Below, in pieces: positions 10,185 to 18,331 of a stretch of DNA of 64,000 nt. Origin of the DNA: Syntrophales bacterium (GTDB lineage: Bacteria; Desulfobacterota; Syntrophia; Syntrophales; PHBD01); assembly GCA_963668175.1 (NCBI GenBank), contig OY764159.1, positions 3,776,001 to 3,840,000 on the forward strand, written 5' to 3'. Under the pieces are notes generated by a model, which had not been told where the DNA came from, did no database searches, and saw only the letters and a list, made by a program, of their open reading frames with translations. Made by a program: the position numbers and the translations under genes. The first letter of the stretch is position 1, and every line of letters begins with the position of its first letter.

Positions 10185-11087
10185 ATGAGTGATGAAACCC
10201 GGAAAGAAACACCCCTGGAATCGATGTTTTCCGAATGGACGAAGTCTCCGGCCAATTTCATGAATTTCTTTGCCCAGCTATCGAAACAGTCCGTACCGTC
10301 CGGCACATCTGCCGGACAGACATCGAGAAGCCGAACCGCCGAATCGTGGGAATCGATGATGAAAATGTGGCAACTCACGACATCTACGCTCAGCGACCCT
10401 GATTCAGCCGAACTCTTTCTCAAAGGTGCGGGCGCCCTCCCCGATATCGTCATGAAGGTCGCCCAGGCCGGATGGGATGCAAGCATTGAGATGCAGAGGA
10501 GAATCATCGAAAAGGCGGGCAAGATCGGCCAGAGGACGGAGGCTTACAACTTCGACCAGATCGACGAGGGCCTGTTCAAGGCCTGGAAAGAAATCTACGA
10601 GCAGGAGCTGAGCCAGTTCCTGAAGATACCCAACCTGGGCCTGGCACGGTATTACCAGGACCGTCTCTACCATCTTCTCGATAGGTATAACGTCTTTGAG
10701 GCGACTTTTTCCGAATTTCTCTATGTCGTCTATCAGCCGATCGAAAAATCGAAAAAAGTCCTGGAAGAGAGGCTGCAGCAGATGGCCGCGGAGGGAAAGA
10801 TTCCCGAGAAATCGAAGGAACTCTACAACATGTTCATCAAGATCCTGGAAGGCCATTACATGACCTTGTTCCAATCGCCGGAATATGAAAAGGTCCTGCG
10901 GGACATGCTCAGTCAGTTGAATGCCTTCTGGCTCGCGAAGGACGAAGTCATGCGCGACATGCTGCAGATCCTTCCCGTCCCGACCCACAAGGACATGGAT
11001 GAGCTTTACAAGGACATCTATCTTCTGAAAAAGAGGGTGAGATCTCTCGAAGATGAGTTGAAAAACGCCAAAGCAAAACAGGCTTAA
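10185..11087 (+). CDS. phaE: class III PHA synthase subunit PhaE
   Basis: P.LGL.R.YQ, FQSPEY, LPVPT.KDMDELYK.IY.LKKRV motif; directly upstream of phaC; start behind AAGAGG (10146 also possible). Confidence 0.88.
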   Translation: MSDETRKETPLESMFSEWTKSPANFMNFFAQLSKQSVPSGTSAGQTSRSRTAESWESMMKMWQLTTSTLSDPDSAELFLKGAGALPDIVMKVAQAGWDASIEMQRRIIEKAGKIGQRTEAYNFDQIDEGLFKAWKEIYEQELSQFLKIPNLGLARYYQDRLYHLLDRYNVFEATFSEFLYVVYQPIEKSKKVLEERLQQMAAEGKIPEKSKELYNMFIKILEGHYMTLFQSPEYEKVLRDMLSQLNAFWLAKDEVMRDMLQILPVPTHKDMDELYKDIYLLKKRVRSLEDELKNAKAKQA

Positions 11088-11105
11088 AGCCGAAGGAGAC
11101 GAGCG

Positions 11106-12377
11106 ATGGCCCAGACGAAAATTCCACTCGATTTGATTTTGAACAATCTGGCCGAAGAGGCGGAAAAGGCCAAGGACAGGGTGAGCAAGGCGTCGGATGT
11201 TCTCCTCAGTCCCTTGAATACGGCCATTGCGTCCACACCGTACGATATCGTATGGGAGCAGGACAGGGTCAAGCTGAAACACTACCACACCCACGGCGAC
11301 ATCACCCTGAAGACTCCCTTGCTGGTCGTCTACGCCCTGATTAACCGGGAAACCATGCTTGACCTCCAGCCGGACAGGAGCGTCGTTCAGACTTTCCTCA
11401 ACAACGGCATCGATCTTTACATGATCGACTGGGGTTTTCCCACCCGCAAGGACCGCTACCTCACCATCGACGACCACGTCAACGGCTATATGAACGACGT
11501 CGTGGATTTCATCCTCGCCAGGCATCAGATTCCCCAGGTCAACCTCATGGGAATATGCATGGGGGGATCGTTCTGCGTCATGTACTCGGCACTCCATCCG
11601 GAAAAGATCAAGAACCTCATCACGACGGTTACGCCGAGCAGCTTCGACACGGACAAGGGGCTCCTGCATACATGGATGCGGGCCATCGACGTCGACAGAC
11701 TCATCGACGCCTACGGCAATCTGCCGGGGGACATCATGAACATGGGTTTTCTGCTTCTCAACCCGGCTCGCCTCATGATCGACAAATACGTCGGTTTTAT
11801 GGAACAGATGGACAACCAGGTATTTGTGGAAAACTTCATTCGCATGGAGAAATGGATATTCGACAGCCCCGACGTGCCGGGAGAGACTTTCCGGCAGTTC
11901 ATCAAAGACTGCTATCATAACAACCTCCTGATTCAGAGCAAAATGAAAATCGGGGGCAAACTCATCGACCTCAAAAAGATCACGATGCCGATGCTGAACT
12001 TCTACGGTCAGTACGACCACCTCGTTCCCCCGGAGGCCTGCAACCAGATCACCAGCCGGGTGGGCAGCAAGGACACGGAGGATATCTGCCTGGACACCGG
12101 CCATATCGGCATCTATGTCAGTTCCAAGACCCAGAGGGAATTCGCCCCCAAGATCGTTTCCTGGCTCAAAGAGCGGGACGGCAAGCCTGCGGCGGAGGAG
12201 GCGCCGAAGCGCAAAGCGGCGAGAAAGAAGCCCCTCCGGCCGCAGATGGTAGCCGTGGAAGCCGGCCGGGGTAAAGCGGTATCCGGCAACGCATCGTCCC
12301 GGCCTTTGGAACCGCCCGACGGGGCTCCGGATAAGTCACACTTACGCAGGGCCTCATCCAGGCCGGCAGTAGGTTAA
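11106..12377 (+). CDS. phaC: class III PHA synthase subunit PhaC with basic C-terminal extension
   Basis: PLLVVYALINR, DLQPDRS, IDWG, catalytic GICMGG, RMEKWIFDSPD, DHLVPP, GHIG. Confidence 0.96.
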   Translation: MAQTKIPLDLILNNLAEEAEKAKDRVSKASDVLLSPLNTAIASTPYDIVWEQDRVKLKHYHTHGDITLKTPLLVVYALINRETMLDLQPDRSVVQTFLNNGIDLYMIDWGFPTRKDRYLTIDDHVNGYMNDVVDFILARHQIPQVNLMGICMGGSFCVMYSALHPEKIKNLITTVTPSSFDTDKGLLHTWMRAIDVDRLIDAYGNLPGDIMNMGFLLLNPARLMIDKYVGFMEQMDNQVFVENFIRMEKWIFDSPDVPGETFRQFIKDCYHNNLLIQSKMKIGGKLIDLKKITMPMLNFYGQYDHLVPPEACNQITSRVGSKDTEDICLDTGHIGIYVSSKTQREFAPKIVSWLKERDGKPAAEEAPKRKAARKKPLRPQMVAVEAGRGKAVSGNASSRPLEPPDGAPDKSHLRRASSRPAVG

Positions 12378-12407
12378 TACGTTTAAAATCCTGAGAGAGG
12401 TCCATCC

Positions 12408-13454
12408 ATGACGATAGAGAACGACTATTTCAGAGCAATATGCAAGGTGAGCAGGGCTTTCGGGACAACGTCCAGCAAGAAGGAAATTCTTGACCTGATC
12501 GTGGGGAGCGCCATCGATACCATGCAGGTCAAGGCGGCAAGCCTTTTTCTGCTTGACGCCGACAAGGACATTTTTTTAACGGCGGCCCAGAAAGGACTTT
12601 CCAAGAACTATCTCCACTCTCAACCTTTCAAGGCCAGAAAAATGGTGGACGATCTTGTGAAAAAGGGATATCTGGCCATTCCCGACGCCATGAAAGACCC
12701 CCGCGTAGAGAATCCGCAATCAAAGAAGAAGGAAGGTATCGTTTCGATTCTCGTCGTTCCGGTCCTGGTCAGAGGGAAGGCAATCGGCGTCCTGTCCCTC
12801 TATACGGCAAGCCCCAGGAAATTCGGCAAAGATGAGATCGAATTCCTGTCGGCCCTTGCAGAACAGGGCGGCATGGCAGTGGAACATGCCCGCCTGCTGG
12901 AGAAAATCAGGGAAAACATCAAGATTTTTCTCGATCTGTCGTCCAATATCAATTCAACCCTGGATCTGAAGACGATCCTCCAGGGCCTGACGAAAGACGT
13001 GGCCGTCGCTCTCGGCGTCAAGGCCGCCTCCATACGCCTGTTGAACGATAAAAAGACAACCCTTCAGTTGGCGGCCAGTTACGGACTCAGCGATAAATAC
13101 ATCAACAAGGGACCCATTTCCGCCGAAAAAAGCATCGCCGAAGCCCTTACAGGCAAGCCGGTCGTCGTCAATAACGCATCCACGGACAAGGGCGTCCAAT
13201 ACAAGAAAGAGAAGAAAGAGGAGGGCATTGTGTCCATCCTCTGCGTCCCCATCAAGGTCAAGGACGAAGTGATCGGAGTACTCAGGCTCTACAGCGCCGT
13301 CGCCAGGGAGTTCGCCGAAGATGAAATTATCCTCGTTACGGCCATAGCCAACCATGGCGGCCTCGCCATTCAGAACGCCGGCCAGTACCTCCTTCTGCAG
13401 AATGACGTCAAAGACCTCAAGGACGATACCTGGTCTCACAGGAGTTGGTTTTAA
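12408..13454 (+). CDS. tandem GAF-GAF protein without output domain
   Basis: Two internal repeats (VKAAS..LL ... EGIVSIL.VP...IGVL.LY...R.F..DEI ... GG.A). Confidence 0.85.
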   Translation: MTIENDYFRAICKVSRAFGTTSSKKEILDLIVGSAIDTMQVKAASLFLLDADKDIFLTAAQKGLSKNYLHSQPFKARKMVDDLVKKGYLAIPDAMKDPRVENPQSKKKEGIVSILVVPVLVRGKAIGVLSLYTASPRKFGKDEIEFLSALAEQGGMAVEHARLLEKIRENIKIFLDLSSNINSTLDLKTILQGLTKDVAVALGVKAASIRLLNDKKTTLQLAASYGLSDKYINKGPISAEKSIAEALTGKPVVVNNASTDKGVQYKKEKKEEGIVSILCVPIKVKDEVIGVLRLYSAVAREFAEDEIILVTAIANHGGLAIQNAGQYLLLQNDVKDLKDDTWSHRSWF

Positions 13455-13564
13455 CGGCCTAGACCCGCATCACGTCAGGAAAGGCAAACGGCAAGGAACA
13501 GGGGGAGGGATCGTTTGGATCCGCACGCAACAGAAACCGTGATCAGCGAATTCAAGGGGGATTC

Positions 13565-13993
13565 ATGATAGGAAAGACCATCACGCAAATCAGTGTCGGT
13601 TCGGCAGCCGAATTGGTCAAAACGGTATCGGAGACGGACATCTATCTGTATGCGGGCATTACCGGCGATTTTAACCCCGCCCATTTGAACGAGGTCTACG
13701 CCAAGACGACTTTTTTCAAAACAAGGATCGCCCACGGCATGCTGACGGCGGGATTCATTTCCGCCATTCTGGGTACCCAACTGCCGGGACCGGGAACGAT
13801 CTACCTGAAGCAGGAGCTGAATTTCCTGGCGCCCGTTTTGATCGGAGATACGATTACCGCCCGGGTGGAGGCGGTGGAAGTCATTGCGGAAAAGAATCGT
13901 GTCCGCTTCAAGACGACCTGCAGCAATCAGGACGGGAAAATCGTGCTGGACGGCGAAGCCCTGGTGATGCCGCCGAAAGCACCAAAGTCATGA
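13565..13993 (+). CDS. phaJ: MaoC-family (R)-specific enoyl-CoA hydratase
   Basis: Hydratase-2 motif YAGITGDFNPAH, IAHGML, LPGPGTIY; PHA context. Confidence 0.85.
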   Translation: MIGKTITQISVGSAAELVKTVSETDIYLYAGITGDFNPAHLNEVYAKTTFFKTRIAHGMLTAGFISAILGTQLPGPGTIYLKQELNFLAPVLIGDTITARVEAVEVIAEKNRVRFKTTCSNQDGKIVLDGEALVMPPKAPKS

Positions 13994-14012
13994 CGGGAGC
14001 GGTTGTTCGTTT

Positions 14013-14044
14013 AAAGGGGCATGGTGACCATGCCCCTTTTTTTT
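14013..14044. terminator. intrinsic terminator, probably bidirectional
   Basis: AAAGGGGCATGG-TGA-CCATGCCCCTTT plus T run, between convergent genes. Confidence 0.85.
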
Positions 14045-14535
14045 CAAGCCTTCTTCTTGCCGAACGAGGAGAGATTGTTCATGAGTTTCTGGAATTCATT
14101 GGCCTGTTGCTCCAGAAGCTCTCGAAAACCTTCGGCGATGTTGTTATGTTCACCGCTTCCCGTTCCCATCAATTTCCGCAATTGTGCGATGGTCTCTTCC
14201 TGTTCGCTTAATTTCCCTTCGAGGTCGGCAACCTTCTTTTCCAGATCCAGATAATCGGCCTTGGGGACCATATCGAACATGGCCAGATACTCGCGAAACG
14301 ATTTCCGGAACATCTCGACAGACTGTTTGTAGATCCCCATGTAGTCCGCTGCGTCTTCTTCGCCTTCTTTCGGGACATCGGGTCGATATGGATTTTTGTA
14401 AAGCGGCGCCATCTGCTCAAAGCCCTTGAGCCCCTGGGTCATCCACTGGCCGAAATCCTCCATCTGCTGCTGGGTTTTGGCTGCATTCAGAAACAACTGT
14501 CCCCATATTTCGAAGAAGTTCTTATCCATGTTCAT
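14044..14535 (-). CDS. hypothetical helical/coiled-coil protein, likely PHA granule-associated
   Basis: 163 aa, last gene of the phasin-like run; PKADY..LEKKV..LE.KL coiled coil reminiscent of PhaE/phasin C-termini. Confidence 0.7.
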   Translation of the reverse strand: MNMDKNFFEIWGQLFLNAAKTQQQMEDFGQWMTQGLKGFEQMAPLYKNPYRPDVPKEGEEDAADYMGIYKQSVEMFRKSFREYLAMFDMVPKADYLDLEKKVADLEGKLSEQEETIAQLRKLMGTGSGEHNNIAEGFRELLEQQANEFQKLMNNLSSFGKKKA

Positions 14536-14548
14536 GGCTTATAATTTT

Positions 14549-14827
14549 CTACTTGGATTTACCCTTTTCGATTCCGGCGAAGAGGGCGTCAACTTTCTTA
14601 TAGCTTTCGTCGACCGATTTTTTGAAGTCTTCGCGGCCTTTCTTGAAGGCCCGGCTCCAATCCCTTATAACCTTCCTACCATCTTCAGGCAGCCAGGGAG
14701 ACTGATCGATGAACATATTGATCATTCGTTCGGTCTGTTCCTGGAGAGCAGCCATGGCATTGAAAGAATTATCGAAGGCTGTCTTATTGAATTCAATCAT
14801 CTGCTTGGTCACCTGCTTAGGATCCAT
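14549..14827 (-). CDS. phasin-like small protein, paralogue 4
   Basis: 92 aa; shared motif KQMI.FNK..FDN.FNAM..LQEQ.E...PW.PE.G...W.....GR.DFK..VDE; AAGGAGG SD. Confidence 0.8.
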   Translation of the reverse strand: MDPKQVTKQMIEFNKTAFDNSFNAMAALQEQTERMINMFIDQSPWLPEDGRKVIRDWSRAFKKGREDFKKSVDESYKKVDALFAGIEKGKSK

Positions 14828-14867
14828 TGTGTTCCTCCTTCAATGATGGGTTATCACAAACAAAAAT

Positions 14868-15152
14868 CTATTGCTGTCCCGCCTCTTTCTTCTCTTCCTG
14901 CAAGTAGTAATCGTCAATTTTCCTGAAGTTTTCGTCAATGGCGGCCTTGAAATCGCTGCGGCTTTTCCTGTAGGCCTTGATCCATTCGCCCACGATCTTC
15001 TTTCCTTCCTCAGGAAACCAGGGCGTATGCTCGAAAAACATACCGATCATCTTTTCCCGTTGCTCCAGAATCACAGTTACAGCGTTGAAGGCGTTTTCAA
15101 AAACGGATCTGTTGAAAGCGATCATCTGCTTCAGGATGTCATTGGGGTCCAT
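14868..15152 (-). CDS. phasin-like small protein, paralogue 3
   Basis: Same motif; start MDPNDIL behind GGAGG/GGGAG. Confidence 0.8.
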   Translation of the reverse strand: MDPNDILKQMIAFNRSVFENAFNAVTVILEQREKMIGMFFEHTPWFPEEGKKIVGEWIKAYRKSRSDFKAAIDENFRKIDDYYLQEEKKEAGQQ

Positions 15153-15212
15153 CTCCCTGCCCTCCTTCCAAATGCTGTCCCGACGCAACCTCATTCTTTC
15201 CGGAGGCCTTCC

Positions 15213-15470
15213 CTATCCGGCAAAAAAATCCTCCACTTTCCTATAATGGGCATCAACGGCCGCTTTGAAGTCGTTGCGCCCTTTCTGATAGGCCCTGATC
15301 CATTCACCGACGACATTTTTCCCTTCTTGCGGAAACCACGGCGACTGCTCCAGAAACATGTGCATGACCCGTTCCGCCTGGTCCTGCAAAGCGGTCATGG
15401 CCTCGAATGTATTGTCGAACGCCTTCTTGTTGTACGCAATCACCTGCTTGGTCATCTCCTTGGGATACAT
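15213..15470 (-). CDS. phasin-like small protein, paralogue 2
   Basis: Same motif; AAGGAGG SD. Confidence 0.8.
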   Translation of the reverse strand: MYPKEMTKQVIAYNKKAFDNTFEAMTALQDQAERVMHMFLEQSPWFPQEGKNVVGEWIRAYQKGRNDFKAAVDAHYRKVEDFFAG

Positions 15471-15554
15471 GTCGTAAACCTCCTTGGTTGGGCATCTTCG
15501 GTCTCACGGATTTGTCCGGAGTTCGCAGACGAATCGCCGTTCGACCTTCGCATC

Positions 15555-15848
15555 CTATTTTCCGCCGCCCGCCGGCTTGTCTTCACTCTTGTAAATCTTG
15601 AAGTAGGATTCCACCTTCTTGTAGCTTTCATCGATTGTACTCTTGAATTCATCGCGTCCGGTCTTGTAAGTCGCAAGCCATTCTTCGACCGCCGCCTTCC
15701 CCTCTTCCGGCAACCAAGCAGCCTGGCCCAGCAACACCCTCACCATCTTCTCGGTCTGCTCCTGCAGAATCATCATCGCATTGAAACTGCTGTCGAACGT
15801 CGTTTTGTAAAAACCTATCATCTGCCTTACGATTTTTCCCTGATCCAT
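15555..15848 (-). CDS. phasin-like small protein, paralogue 1
   Basis: Same motif; start MDQGK behind TGGAGG. Confidence 0.8.
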   Translation of the reverse strand: MDQGKIVRQMIGFYKTTFDSSFNAMMILQEQTEKMVRVLLGQAAWLPEEGKAAVEEWLATYKTGRDEFKSTIDESYKKVESYFKIYKSEDKPAGGGK

Positions 15849-15901
15849 CGCACGCCTCCATTTCATTATTTGATACGATATTGCTGACGTTATGTCGGAG
15901 A

Positions 15902-15930
15902 AATATAATATCAGGCGTTTCCCATGTCAA
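15902..15930 (-). promoter_or_regulatory. sigma70 promoter of the phasin-like operon
   Basis: TTGACA-17 nt-TATATT on the minus strand. Confidence 0.7.
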
Positions 15931-15935
15931 GGAAA

Positions 15936-15953
15936 ATGTTGCATCGCAGCAAT
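15936..15953. promoter_or_regulatory. putative PhaR operator
   Basis: ATGTTGCATCGCAGCAAT, imperfect palindrome with TGC-N3-GCA core, between the phasin-like operon and phaR. Confidence 0.6.
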
Positions 15954-16107
15954 ATCCGTTCTATCCGGATCCTGTCTTTGATTTGTCTTCCATAGGTACT
16001 TCTTTGCAATTACTGATTATTTTACAATCATTAAAAATACCGCAATCAACGCTTGATTTATTTTTTGCATTGTGCCATTAATCTTCGCGCATCAGGAGAT
16101 GGGGATT

Positions 16108-16629
16108 ATGGCTGAACCGCTGCTTATCAAGAAATACGAAAACAGACGGCTGTACGATACGGAAAAGAGTACTTATATCCGGCTTGACGATATCGCCGGC
16201 TTCATCAAGCAGGGTCGTATCGTGAAGGTCGTGGACGCTAAGACCAACGCGGACGTCACGGCCTTCATCCTGACACAGATCGTCCTCGAACAATCGAAAG
16301 AAAACAGCCTTCTGCCCGTCTCCATGCTCCATATGATCATCCAGTACGGGGATAATGTCTTGAACGATTTTTTTGAAAACTACCTGCAACAAATACTGAA
16401 CAACTATCTCTCGTACCGGGCCATGGCCGATGACAGCTTCAGACAGTGGCTGGACCTGGGTATGGATTTCTCCCAGGCCGCTCAGGAAACCATCCACAAG
16501 ATGACACCCCTCAGGCGGTTTATGGATATGTTTCCGGACAAGCCGCCCGCGCCCTCGTCATCCGCTCCGCAGGATGAAGCCCCGGACAGGCAAAAGGCAA
16601 AAAGTCGCGGGAAGAAAATGGAGAAGTAA
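16108..16629 (+). CDS. phaR: PHA synthesis repressor PhaR
   Basis: IKKYENRRLYDT..STYI.L, VVDAKT..DVT..ILTQIVLE, LH.II.YG. Confidence 0.92.
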   Translation: MAEPLLIKKYENRRLYDTEKSTYIRLDDIAGFIKQGRIVKVVDAKTNADVTAFILTQIVLEQSKENSLLPVSMLHMIIQYGDNVLNDFFENYLQQILNNYLSYRAMADDSFRQWLDLGMDFSQAAQETIHKMTPLRRFMDMFPDKPPAPSSSAPQDEAPDRQKAKSRGKKMEK

Positions 16630-17134
16630 TCCCCTTCGCGTCTGCGTTATCTTCCTCCCACCCGAAATCGGACGCCGCTGCCGATATCCCTCCCTCACCG
16701 CAAGACCGTTACACCATCCTCAGATACCGGACAATGAAACCGCCGGCCTGCCCGGCTCGCATGGTTCGAGATATCTCTACGCCAATATCGCCGAAATCCG
16801 CCGATTATCTCATCCATGGCGATTTTGAACTCTAATTCCTCCGCTGTCAAGAAGAAACATAAGCACAATTTTAATCTTCCATAGGGGAAATACATTAAAG
16901 CATGCCTTCTGAGGATAGCCTGTAAGAGAGGGGCTTGTTCCTCCGATATGGACCCTCCACGATGAAATAAGGTCTTTTCTTCATTACAAATGGGGTATCC
17001 GACTGATTTACTCCTCCGGCCTTCCTGTTAATATGGCTCCCGAAAGAAAAGGTACGGCGCTTGGCAGTGATAGGCCGTATCCGCAACGACCCGGCCGGTC
17101 ATTCTTATTAAAAGCTTTCGTTCGAGGTGAAAAC

Positions 17135-17740
17135 ATGGCGCAGAAAAAATCAACGGAAAAGACAGATGACGGTTTCAAAATCGGCGATAAACTCAAGACT
17201 TTAAGGGAGAAGAAGAAGCTGACCATCCATGACCTCGCGGCCAAGTCCGGAGTGGTAAAGACTGTCCTGGCCGATATCGAAGAGAACAAGATCATCCCCC
17301 CCGTGGCTACCCTTTTGACCATCGCCTCCGCGTTGGACGTCGGTATGGCTGACTTCTTCAGCGACGATCTCACCGACGAGACGATCTCTCTGACCAGGGC
17401 CGGCGAAAGGACCAAGATCAAACGGAGGCCACACCACATCCTCGAAGGCGAAGTCAGCTACATTTACGAGTCCCTGGAAACAAAGAAACCCAAGAAACAC
17501 ATGGAACCCCTCTTCGTGGAATTCCTCCCGGCTGAAACGAGCGACATGGTCTTCACCAGCCACAGGGGCGAAGAGTTTGTCTTCCTCGTGGAAGGCAGTC
17601 TGGAATTCAGAACCGACGACCGCGTCGAGGTTCTGAAACCCGGCGACAGTCTCTACTTTGAATCACACATCAACCACAGTTTTCGGGGTTTAAAAAACAA
17701 ATCGGCCAAGGCGATCGTCGTCGTCTGGAGCAGACTGTAA
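17135..17740 (+). CDS. XRE-family transcriptional regulator with cupin domain
   Basis: N-terminal HTH (IGDKLK.LR...LA..SG......IE....PP), C-terminal cupin (H.GEEF.F..EG, GDSLYF.S...H). Confidence 0.9.
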   Translation: MAQKKSTEKTDDGFKIGDKLKTLREKKKLTIHDLAAKSGVVKTVLADIEENKIIPPVATLLTIASALDVGMADFFSDDLTDETISLTRAGERTKIKRRPHHILEGEVSYIYESLETKKPKKHMEPLFVEFLPAETSDMVFTSHRGEEFVFLVEGSLEFRTDDRVEVLKPGDSLYFESHINHSFRGLKNKSAKAIVVVWSRL

Positions 17741-17752
17741 TCTGGAGGTATT

Positions 17753-18331
17753 ATGCTGGAGATACGCTTTCACGGACGCGGCGGCCAGGGGACGGTCGTA
17801 TTGTCCATCCTGCTCGCCAAGGCCTTTTTTCAGGCAGGATTTCAGGTCCAGAGTTTCCCCTTTTTCGGCGTCGAGCGCAGGGGAGCCCCGGTCGAAGCCT
17901 ACCTGCGCCTGGACCAGAAAAAGATTCTTGCCAGAACCAATGTAACGACGCCGGACCACGTCGTCGTTCAGGACCAGACATTGCTTAACAGTATCGATCT
18001 TACAAAGGGCTTGCGTCCCGGCGGCTGGGTGTTGCTCAACGGCACAGCCCAATCGGTCGACGTAGACCGTTTTCCTCACCAAAGGATAGCTGTCGTCGAC
18101 GCCGGCAAGATCGCCCTGAAGCACGAACTGGGGAGCCGCACGCATCCCATCGTCAATACGGCCATGATGGGCGCATTCGCCCGCATGATGGAAATGCCGC
18201 CGATGGACGCCATCGTCGCGGCCATCCGTGAGGAAGTGCCCGCCGAACCGGACAGGAATATCGCCGCGGCTGAAGAGGCCTATCGCGAAGTCCAGTTCAT
18301 CAGAAATATCATCAGCGAGGATCGAAAATGA
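17753..18331 (+). CDS. 2-oxoacid:acceptor oxidoreductase gamma subunit
   Basis: EIRFHGRGGQG, FGVERRGAP, NTAMMGA. Confidence 0.93.
   Translation: MLEIRFHGRGGQGTVVLSILLAKAFFQAGFQVQSFPFFGVERRGAPVEAYLRLDQKKILARTNVTTPDHVVVQDQTLLNSIDLTKGLRPGGWVLLNGTAQSVDVDRFPHQRIAVVDAGKIALKHELGSRTHPIVNTAMMGAFARMMEMPPMDAIVAAIREEVPAEPDRNIAAAEEAYREVQFIRNIISEDRK

Noticed and set aside
10404..12104. 566-aa minus-strand ORF
   Set aside because: Antisense shadow of phaE/phaC, expected from GC-rich codon bias
14871..15887. 338-aa plus-strand ORF across the phasin-like genes
   Set aside because: Antisense to three mutually homologous genes that each have an SD
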